A stretch of DNA of 62,575 nucleotides, the filler included, from Sphacelaria rigidula (Eukaryota), in assembly GCA_964200075.2 (NCBI GenBank). It is 10 parts of 10 records of this genome, joined end to end, with 100 filler letters (N's around TTAATTAATTAA, not from the genome) between each part and the next. Parts side by side here need not be neighbours in the genome. Positions count along the whole stretch, not along the records: positions 31,341 to 37,507 come from CAXNAA020021793.1; positions 37,608 to 43,774 come from CAXNAA020021794.1; positions 43,875 to 50,041 come from CAXNAA020021795.1; 7 more parts are not named here. One strand, 5' to 3'. Both the position numbers and the translations under genes were made by a program. The notes below the pieces were generated by a model. It was not told the DNA's origin. It searched no databases and saw nothing but the letters and a program-made list of their open reading frames with translations. This document shows, piece after piece, positions 36,534 to 46,720 of the stretch (position 1 is its first letter; each line of letters begins with the position of its first letter).

Positions 36534-36917
36534 CAGGTTGTACTCGTCAAAGTATGAACACTTATCCCACGGAGGACTTGGATCATACCCTTGATAGGCA
36601 GGACATGTAAACATTCCCCACACCATCACAACAGGCAATCCTTCCTCCTGCAGAGCATCTCTCAGCCGCCAAGGATTGCCATCCATGTCATGAAGCGTGA
36701 AGTCTATGGCAATTTCTCCCTGAGGCAGAATGACCTGCGGCGATTTCCCGTCATTGACTCCGTATATGCTGTTCTCCGGGTCGAAGTTTTGCCTCGGGAA
36801 GTCAAAGCAGCTGTTTGTGAGATCTGACTCCGGTCGCAATTCTCCTCGTGCAAAGGCCACCAGTGCGCACACACCCAACGATAGCAATCGCGGCAGGGAA
36901 AAGGGTGTTGAAGACAT
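36534..36917 (-). CDS. First exon of a probably secreted thioredoxin-fold protein, iodothyronine-deiodinase/AhpC-TSA-like
   Basis: Signal-peptide-like MSSTPFSLPRLLSLGVCALVAFARG, then GEIAIDFTLHDMDGNPWRLRD..PVVMVWGMFTCPAY, matching the APDFxL..G....L....PxVxxFGSxT(U/C)PPF pattern. Ends at CTG|GTGAGT. An upstream in-frame ATG at 36944 is possible. Confidence 0.75.
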
Positions 36918-37627
36918 GCTCAATGTCTGTTTCTTGTGCACCATGATATGTGATATCCCAGACCAGCAGACGACGCGCAGGATCACTGCACCTTTTCTGT
37001 TTTTCAGTTACCATAGTGATAAATTCAGACCCGCGGTCGAGGCAGTCACAGCGGAGACCAAACCGTCTTCGCGAACGTCTGAACACATCACAGTGCAGTG
37101 ACAGCTGCAGCACATGAGAGAGGGCGTGAGTTTTTTTGTGCTGGAGCACGCTGCAGTACATTGAAAGAGGACATGTCTCATGCTTAAGTTCTTCCTCTGA
37201 TTCGAATGGGTTATCAATTTCGGTCCGATATCGATTTTGAACGCTCGGCCATAATCGAGCTTCGTGCGAAAATCTTTACTTCGAGCCCCTACACTATGTA
37301 TATACATGGTCTATATAGACCAAATTTTATGGCAGTCACCGATCTGTGGTAAGCTCAGTTTTCAGTGTGTAGACTAGTCATTGTGAACAATATCTCTTCT
37401 TTGGAGATCGCTTGCTCAGGGATGGTATTCAGCGTACTGAGTGATGCTACGGTAGGGGTACAGAAATAATTTCTGAGGTTAGAATTGTTAGGAGCCCCTT
37501 CTCTAATNNNNNNNNNNNNNNNNNNNNNNNNNNNNNNNNNNNNNNNNNNNNTTAATTAATTAANNNNNNNNNNNNNNNNNNNNNNNNNNNNNNNNNNNNN
37601 NNNNNNNAGGGAAAAGGGCGAAGCGTC

Positions 37628-37632
<5 letters not shown>

Positions 37633-37699
<67 letters not shown>
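37633..37699. repeat. (AG)n microsatellite
   Basis: Read directly. Confidence 0.97.
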
Positions 37700-37701
<2 letters not shown>

Positions 37702-38352
37702 ACGACACTCTGTACAACCGATGTTGTTGAGTCTATCCGCTGGTGAAAAACGATATCGGGCGACATGTTCTTACGATCGAGATTCAGACGTTTGCTTCGA
37801 TTTTGAGTCGTCTCACAGAAGGGGGGTCGGGAGGGTGTGCTCTATAAACTTGTCTGGAACCAGAGCAAGGTGTAAGTGCTTCCTCCAAAGGCTTCCTCCC
37901 CAGCAGGACTTCAGAGACTCCAAGAAAGAGCGGTTATACAAACAGTTGTTGTCATTAAACCGGAAGTAAACTTCATGGGTTTTCCTCACGAACACGATAT
38001 GTTACGAATCCAATAGCCATCCTTCAACCAATCAATCCAGGATCCACCGCATATCTACATGTTGCATGTATACTGTGGGTGGACTACTCTACAGCACCCT
38101 CCTAAACTTCGCACTACTCGAAGTAGAAAGCGAATTTGACAAAACAGTAGACACCGACAGTACCCTACGATGTCAACCAGAGACGAGCATTCAATATCAG
38201 ACGGCATCAGGTCAAATCGCGATGCCCCCCCCAGCATAACCCTAAAACACCAGCACGAGCTACTCCAACATGTTAGGCAAACGATAATCAAGCGGTATAC
38301 TCAACGAACACCAAATTTCATAGTAGAATCCGCGCACTACGCCAACAACCAA

Positions 38353-40830
38353 TCAGAGTGTGAAACCCAACCAATCAGAGCTGCCATACTTAGCCAGCAA
38401 ATGCGTCCGTACCTGATTTTTGAGTCGCAACTTACGTAATTCAGGACGTACAAACTGCGGGCTCCTTCCACAATAGTTTCCAGCGGCTCCCACGGCTGTC
38501 GTCCTTGCCGGAACCCAGCCATTCCATGTGTACGACGAACCCATCACCGTCGTGAACCTCGGACAAGTCAACAATCGCCTCCATTTCGAACTCTCCTTGA
38601 GCAAACGCATACTGGAATACTTTCTTCAGATCCGCAGTGACGCCCAGTTCCTTGTCCGCGTAGTACCGTAGACGGGCGACATGCGCGTCCTTCACCTCTC
38701 TATTGACGATATTCTGAATCTCGTACACATGCTGATGCTCCGCTACCACGATTCTCCACGGTCCTGTCCACGTACTGACGAGTTTCGGCGTTGTGACGGA
38801 ACGCCTAACTCTCGCCGCCAACACACAAGCACCAACCATAAAATTAGGTAAGTGTCCCCTACTGGCAACACGTCGCTGTAACTCACGGGTCTTCTCCACG
38901 CGCTGCGCCACCTCCTTATGCAGCTCTTGTTGCACCTCAACAACTGACGCCACCTTCTGCCGCAGCCTGTTTTCATCCAGAATATCAAGTCTCCACTCGC
39001 CGCCGGTCGACGAGGCCAGTGTCGAAAGACTCGTGGGCGGCGCGCGTCCAAACATTACATGGTAGAGGTTACTGGCATATCGCTCTTGGAATGCCGTATT
39101 CAACGCCCCCTGCACCGCAGGCACCAGTCCCACCCAGTCACGAACATCGCGCCGCTGCTCTTGAAGCATTGCCTTCAGAGTACGGACAACTTCTCGCATC
39201 ATCCGTTCACACGTCCCATTGGACCATGGCGAGTTGGCGACCGTGAACCTCCTGTCCAGTTTCAGCGCCTTTTCCAGCGCTCGCGTCACGCGGTCTTTGA
39301 AATGCGACTCGGCATAACTAACCCAAACCTCCGGTGGGCCCGAAGTTTTGCACCACGTCAACAAATGCTGCACCGTCGAAGCAGCAGTGCAAGACTCCGT
39401 GGGGTCCAACCACACGAAATTGCTCAGATCTTCCATCATCACTAAAATGTACTTGTATCAATCGCCTTCATCCAATCCGCTCTTGCCCAAGGGACCACTC
39501 TCACCAACGTAGATATAATCAAAGTGCATCACCTCACCGGGCCGTGTACCATAAGCGGTCTTCCCTCGCGGTCGCGGCACCATCTTTCCAGCTTTCGAAT
39601 CCATGCAGTGTAAGCATTTTCTCACATAATCGGGAAAGTGAGCTTCAATCTAACACCAACAGCGGCATTCCTGTAATCGTTGCAATGTGGTCACAACCCC
39701 GCGGTGGCCTGCCCCCTTCATGTGGGCACACACCGTCAAACGTGTTTGCAATTCTTTTGCTTGCGGCAGGATCCACAACACATGCTTATCTGCGACGTGC
39801 ACGCGAAACAAACCCTCACCCTATCTCGAAACGCGCCCAATAGCGGCAGTAAACGAGTTAGCTCCATCAACTATCACCCCGAACCCTGTGCGAACCTGCT
39901 CTTGAGCTGCTCGAATGTCGTCCTTTGACGGTAGTGTGTCATCCGGCCCACCACTCGCGAATACGGCCCAAAGCACGAACAGACACCGCCGGGAACATTC
40001 ACCCACCTTGGCAGCAAGTCTCCCCAGCAGTTGTGTTCCCCGGAAATATGCCTGATAGTGTAATCATACTGCACGAGCACAGCCTTCCATTGGTCGAGTC
40101 TCTGGGCAGCAGTCTTAGACAACGATGCCACGCACGCCTCAGGATTTAAAATGTATGCCAAATTACGATGGTCATTGAAAATATGCACTCCGCCCCACAG
40201 CAAATACTGCAACCTTCGGAATGTACTCACAATGGCGTAGCGTTCCTTATCCACCGTAGCCCATCGAGCTTGTGCCCCACGAAAAGTCCCACTGAGAAAT
40301 CCCATCGGCTCGTGACTCATGTCTCCCACCACCAGCGGCCCATCCAATTCAGCGGCCGGCACCTGCGTAAAACAACTGCCCTAATGTAGATCCGATGCAT
40401 CTGGAAACATCAGCACCTCACACCCCTCCTTCGGATACGACAAAGAGACAGCATGCGCCACCAAATCTTGCGCAGCATGCCAGGCCCGCCCCCGCTGAAA
40501 TCTCCATGCCGAATCCCCGATTATACGGTTGGACGCCACTCGCTTAGTGCGGCGGACGTTTCCCCGCAAGTGTTCCTCCAACATCTCACGCAGCGGCTCC
40601 ACCGTTTCCGCCAAACGCGGTAGAGATGTTCGCAGCCAAAGTGACAACTTGAAAAAAACTGCATGAGCTCGCCCGTCGTACGTGGGCGACGCATGTTGGC
40701 TAATCCGGTCAGTCGGCCGCGATCATGAGCAACCTGTCTACCTGAAACAACCGGCCCACACCACGTGAGCTGCGTATCATAACACATGCACTTGTGCGCA
40801 GCAGCACATAGACCAACGTCTTGATCGAAT
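38353..40830 (-). mobile_element. Decayed Ty3/gypsy LTR-retrotransposon pol (RT C-terminus, RNase H, integrase, chromodomain)
   Basis: MFPDASD; FLSGTFRGAQARWATVDKE..AIV; IFNDHRNL; zinc finger AH...GHRG..CLHC; HFDY; WVSYAESHF; SPWSNGTCERM; WTGPW; C-terminal FEMEAIVD..VHMEWLG..WEPLE. Order RT-RH-IN, with several frameshifts and stops. Confidence 0.95.
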
Positions 40831-41149
40831 ACACTCACACTCAATGATGGATACATGTAAACAGGCCTGGATGCGAGGGGAATGAATATTGTGATCGAAT
40901 CATGACATATGGGTGAAGGTCAAATAAGAGATATAGTTATTTTATTAAGGGTATACCCGATGTGTTAGTTGCAGCAAAACTCTGCTGAGAGACACACGCC
41001 CAATCGCGTGGCCAAGGAATCAGGTTCTGACGTGTTATTTGTGCATGAGTGGCTTTTCATGATTGACCCCGCCCCCTTTTTGGCAGTGCACGCTTTGGCT
41101 TTTTTGCGTTTTGGATGGAGAGTATAATATAGATTCATCAAGAAGGGAA

Positions 41150-43774
41150 TCAATTCAACAACAGAACAACCATGTTTCCCTTCCCCACATGCATGAGACC
41201 TTACTGCGAGAAACTGCGAAACAACAGGGCATTACATTGACGAGGGTACTGGCGCCATGTGCGGGATGTTTGGAAGCGAAGGGACATAGGGCAGGTATTC
41301 CGCGAAGCCTGGGCACGAGGGCAACGACTGTACTTGCCAGGGTGCATCTCGACCTCACCGGCCCACACCCTCGTACTCTGGGTGCATCGACCCATATGAT
41401 GGGCTGCGTCGATAGCAAGTCGCGCTTCGTGATGTTTAATGGCACACGTAAGTCTGACACGCTGGCGAAGGTAAAACGTTTCATTGCCGACGTCAGCGCC
41501 ATCGGTACCCCCGGTTGTTTTCGTATGGACAACGGGGGCGACTTCACCTCCAACGACTTCGGTGCCTTCTGCGACGATGCAACGACTCGTCATGAGTACA
41601 CTGCCCCCGACACTCCGAAGCACAACGCTGTGGTGGAAAATGCAATTTGGAGGGCATGAAGGGGGGCCAGGCTGCCCGTCTCGAAGCGCGACGTCTGTTC
41701 CCGGAGTGCCGCTTCGACGATATACCTCACCTGGGAGAGAACATGGAGCACCTGTAGCTGGCGGCCGCGGTGTGGGCAGCGGACGGGTTCAATCGTTCAG
41801 CTACTACGGCGAACCCGGGAAGACTGTCGCCGTATGAAGTGTTCACCGGCAAGCGCCCGTCGCTACAGATTGTGCCGTTTCTGCAACCCGGCATGATGCG
41901 GGTCAACCGCCGAGGAAAGATGGATGCTCAGTCCGTGGCCTGCTATTACCTCAAGAATGGCAGTAACCATTCTTCATCGATGGTCAAGGTCCTGAAGGCT
42001 GCTACCGGTGCAGTCTGCTACACCAACAACGTTGTCTGGACGGTACCACGTGTGCCACTGCAATCGTCGGCAACGCCGATCGTCGGGGGGGAGGAGGCCC
42101 ATTCCAGTACCGTCGCCGCCGCCGCCGCGCCGTCAGTAGAGCAGCATCACGGGGCGCCGCTCGCCGGGGAGGGGGGAGGTCCAAACGAAGCTCGTCGGGG
42201 GGAAGGAGTTTCATGGCAGCACCGCCGCCGCCGCCGACTCAGCCGGTTCTACCGCCGCCGACGCGCCCGTCCACTCCGCCGATGCATCGATCGCCGCCGA
42301 TATCCCCGCCGATCTTCTCCGGCTCTTCGGCCCCGATCCCATCCCCGATCCCATCAGCATCTTCCTCGACTGCGTCGCGCGATGCATCATCCGCCCCTGA
42401 AGTGATGGACCATTCTTTCTCGCCGCTCCCAATCAACGTGAGGAAGGAGCTGGATCTGGAAACAGACCCCCGACAGCCAGGGTGGACGCGGTCAGGGTCG
42501 ACGCAATACAAGACAGACAAGGCTGCACTCTTGCACCATAGCTGGGGACTCATGCAGCAGTTGGATAAGCGATCTTTGCTGTCTGCTCCCCTCACGCGCG
42601 GCGTAGTTGATGCCGGGCGACAGGGCAAGGACGGTGAGAAAGGGGGGCGCGGGGGGATACCGATGTGACTCGCGACGAGGCTGGCGACCCGTGAATATAT
42701 AGATACCTCTTTACGTGAGCAGCGCCCGCCGCACATCCCACCGGAACTCCCACAGTGTCCAGCAAAGGATCTCAAGTTCCCCAATGGATACACGTAGGCG
42801 GTGCGCTGGGAGTACGGTGATTTATGGAGGGACTCGATGGGGCGGGAATCCCGGGGAATTCTGGAGGCGGGGACGATAGACTCAGCGGAAGAGCAACTCG
42901 TGGACAACTATACCCATGCAAAGTGGGTATATAACTGGAAGGCTTGCGAGTTTGGATGGACCACGAAGATGAAGTCGAGACTAGTAGCAAGAGGAGATAT
43001 GCAGAGGGAGAACATAGATTGTGGAGAGTTGTATGCCCCCACTGTAGCATTTTCTAGCGTACGTTTGTTGGCGACTCTGGCTTGTGAGCAAAATCTTGCG
43101 TTTCGTCATTTTGATATCGAACAAGCTTTTATACAGTCTGAGTTGGACGAGGACGTTTTCATGCGGTTGCCACTTGCTTGTGGAAGCTGATCTGGTAAAA
43201 TAATAAGACTCAACAAAAGTTTGTACGGATTGAAACAGGCAAGTAGTCAGTGGCATAATCATCTGGCGGAGTGTCTATTTGTATTGGGATCTGATCAGTG
43301 CTTGGCGGATTCATGTGTATTTCGGTTGATTGAGGATGGCAGGGTAATTATCACCATTGTAGTACATGTAGATGATATATTTGCAGTGGGAAAGAAGGGC
43401 AGATGTGACGAGTTTGGTAAAGATCTCAACATGATGGTTCCAGTCAAGAACCTCGGGGATTTGCGTTGGTATTCTGGACTGTACTATGAGAGAGATATTG
43501 CAAGGGGGACTCTGAAAATTTTACAACAAACGTACGCGGACGAGTTGGCGAAGGAATACGGAATAGAGTGGGGAAAGAGTATCCCCATCGCTGTTGGTGC
43601 GAAGCTTGAAGAGTTCAGTGTAGAAGAGCAGGCGACGGAATTTCCGTTTCGGGAATTGATAGGGTCACTGATGTGGCTGGCAACTCAAACGAGGCCAGAC
43701 ATATCTAACGCAGTACGTGCAGTAGCGAGGTACTGTGCCTCACCAAAACACCTTCATTGGCGTGCTGCGCTTGG
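41150..43774 (+). mobile_element. Decayed Ty1/copia LTR-retrotransposon pol (integrase then RT), cut by the contig end
   Basis: H..L.H..CAGCLEAK; VHLDLTGP; RMDNGGDF; TAPDTPKHNAVVE; KWVYNWK; KSRLVARG; FDIEQAF; LYGLKQA; VVHVDDI; FRELIGSLMWLATQTRPDI. Order IN-RT, with stops and frameshifts. Confidence 0.96.
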
Positions 43775-45426
43775 NNNNNNNNNNNNNNNNNNNNNNNNNN
43801 NNNNNNNNNNNNNNNNNNTTAATTAATTAANNNNNNNNNNNNNNNNNNNNNNNNNNNNNNNNNNNNNNNNNNNNTAAACAGGGGGGAAAGACAACGCAAA
43901 AAAGGAAAATACGGAAAGAAGAGCGTACAACTGCGACAGGGGCCTTGGGGGGCGAGGTACATGTCCTCAAACTTTCTACTGACAGCGTATGCAGTCAACA
44001 GCCTGCAAGTGGAGCGAAGGATACAGGGCAGTCGCGCTTGGCTTTTCCTTCGTCGCCCTCGATCTAATGGTGAACCATTCTTGCTCTACTGCATTCTCCA
44101 TTGTGGTACACAAGCACACTACGTTAGGCCCGATGCAGCTGGTTCACGAACGAGGGGCGTGTACCGCACCGGTTGTCGTCTCTAACCGCCATATACCCAT
44201 GTACGATCCCATTTTCAAGTCTTCCGTAGGCGGACGTTTGGAGAAATTTGAAGAATGGTGGCTTTTTTAACGTTGAAAAAGCCATATTACAAATTACATT
44301 CAGAGGGAGTGGAGGGATGTGATACGGAAAACGCGATTATACTAACCAAACATGTGCATTTTATTTGCTACGTGGAGTTGGGTGAATGAGGCGGATCCAT
44401 CGGCGGCGAAGTCGGAATCAAGCCACGGGTTCATACTGCACGTCCGACATGGCATTTGCCTAGCCTTCCCCGATCGATACTCATGCAGCCGTCGGCTTGT
44501 GAGTGAGTGCTTCACGGCAGTGCTGTTCAGCTTGGACAGTTGCACCACTTGTACAGTGTTCCAAAGTTCACATAACATGAAGGGCACCTCCACCGTGGGA
44601 TTGTTGGTCGAAATTATTGTTCCGGAATGAATATCGGTGCTGAATTTCTATTTTTATTTATTTGTCCCAGTTTGAACCCCACTTCTTTCTAGTCCGTGGT
44701 ATCGAGGAATCATGCCATCTTTCTCCGGTACACGCCTTGCATATTGGTCTCGGATTGGGTAATGACTGTCAGCACTCTCGCACCGCGTCAACTCACGTCG
44801 AACAACCTCAGTCAACCACCTTGTTTATCAGTTACTCACGTTCTCGCGCTTTCCACGTTGGAAGCCAGATACTACGAAGATATAACCCAACGCATCAGGA
44901 ATCTAACCCTCGTTTTCTCCACCCTAATGGCGACAGTCGGACTAATACACCACAGGGGCGCAACAGCGGCTGAAAGAGAGTAGATTTGCCGTGGATGAAG
45001 GATTGGTTTGATTATGTCGCATATTAGCCGATCCGATCCGCCATTATTACAGTCGCGTTAGCATGATGATCGAATCCCGAGGTAGGTGAACGGAGCACTC
45101 GCTGAGGAATGCCGAGAAACGGGAGAGATGGGTACAATTGAGAGAAGACTACAAAGTGAAACCAACAAGCAAAATTTGCGAAAGCCGGAAATAGCAATGA
45201 CACGATCATATTTGGGATCGTCCCAACTCCCGTTCATCTTTCCCGTGGCGAAAAGCACAGTTCCAAAGCGAACTCAATCAAACCGCACGATTTTCCGATG
45301 GAGTTTGCCCGTTCTAGACACAACGATCTATTCTTGGCCTGGGTTGGCTCGCGTCGCAGAATCATGCCTAACTTGTCGTGAATCCCCACCATGTACCGCC
45401 CTGTGACGTGATTCTTGTTTGGCCAG

Positions 45427-45538
45427 TTCATCGTCCCAGAAGCGGCGGTAATGCGTGACACGGACACGTCCGGCGTGGACAACCTCTATTGGATGCGCGA
45501 ATCTGAGCTCAAGCACGGGCGTATCGCGCAGCTCGCAG
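45427..45538 (+). CDS. Lhcr: Light-harvesting complex (fucoxanthin-chlorophyll a/c type) exon, start of helix 1
   Basis: LYWMRESELKHGRIAQLA, the LHC helix-1 E..H.R signature; CCAG acceptor and CAG|GTAAGA donor (phase 1). Confidence 0.9.
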
Positions 45539-45683
45539 GTAAGAGGAGCACGTTTTATCGAACACCTGGACACCTTAATGGACCTCCAAAACAGAAGATA
45601 TCGGAATACCGGCACCATATTTCAGCAATCTGAGCGAAAATATAAGCAGGATTTGGCAGTGCGAAAATGGTATGGATTAACAC

Positions 45684-45990
45684 CGGTCGCCCCGGTGGCT
45701 CAGTTGGTAACCTCGTAACCTTCTGATGTTGAGTATGGGGGTTCGGTTCCCGGAGCGATCTGGAACCTTTTCTCACACCATGCCCAACGGTGGAGAGCGA
45801 CTATGTCGTGAGTACATAAGATTCGACTTAACGGTAGACGAGGGAAAGGGACTGCTGAACCCCTCTCTCGATGAAAAAATAAAGGCAAGCACCGCAGAAG
45901 GAAGGTGGGGTATTGAAAACAAATAAAGAAAGAAAAAGCGCCTGTGTTGACCTTCCTGTGTGACCCCGGCTGATGCATCTATATATATCG
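45684..45990 (+). mobile_element. tRNA-derived SINE candidate in the LHC intron
   Basis: Pol III A box TGGCTCAGTTGG and B box GGTTCGGTTCCC at tRNA spacing; broken D and anticodon stems; ~230-bp body ending near TATATATA. The 3' end is approximate. Confidence 0.6.
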
Positions 45991-46522
45991 AAAGGTGTAG
46001 ACTGGTGCCCAGAATAAATGGGACAGCACACACATGATATGATATGATGGACAGCCATGGGGTGACTGTAAACAGTTGTAGAACCGCAGAAGTCATGCAT
46101 TCTGCAGGTAAGGTGACGGGAAGGGGAGATACACTGAGTGACCCAGGAACGCCACCCATCATCGCCGGGATTCGCTGGAAATTGTGAGGTTTTTCTATGA
46201 ACAAAACGTTCCGACAGCGATTTGAAATTTCAGCAAAGAGGCGAGTATATCGCAAGGCCGTTTCTTCTGCGTTACGGGGAAAAATGTTGAAGAATGCTTT
46301 TCCGGTCCTTCTCCGTCGTTTCGCGTTCGAAAAGAGGGCTAGGCGGACATTGACACCGTGAAATGCTAGCATAGGCGGATGTTGCGTCATTTTCCATTAT
46401 TTTTCCATCAACCATGGGCGGCGAGAAATAAGCGAATACTTGTTTGGGCCACACGGCTGCATGTTCCCAATGCTTACCTGAGTGTGCGTACATCATCCCG
46501 CTTGGCTTTATCATGCAAAAAG

Positions 46523-46720
46523 TGGTGGGCTGGATCCTGGTGGACCAAGGATGGCGGTTCCCTGGAGACCAATACTCCGCCATCGCGAGCTCCGTCACAG
46601 CACACGACCCCATGGTCTCGTCCGGAAACATGACAATACTACTCGGTGTCGTGTTCATTCTGGAGTTAATCGGAGGGGCGGCAGTCTTCGGAGCGGCGAC
46701 CGGCTCTGGTCGTGCCCCAG
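46523..46720 (+). CDS. Lhcr: Light-harvesting complex exon (end of helix 1 through helix 2)
   Basis: VVGWILVDQGWRFPG..AHDPMVSSGNMTILLGVVFILELIGG..GSGRAPG; phase-1 join gives LAVVGW; AAG acceptor and CAG|GCAAGT donor. The AHD and GRxPG motifs suggest the Lhcr (PSI) subfamily. Confidence 0.88.

Noticed and set aside
36590..36620. Selenocysteine codon in the deiodinase-like motif
   Set aside because: The codon is TGT (Cys), not TGA, and no 3' UTR is available to assess a SECIS.
42213..42907. Separate proline-rich gene
   Set aside because: It is the low-complexity linker between copia integrase and RT, plus its antisense ORF.
45684..45760. Functional tRNA gene
   Set aside because: The D stem and anticodon stem do not pair and the acceptor stem is imperfect. 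Kept only as a SINE head.
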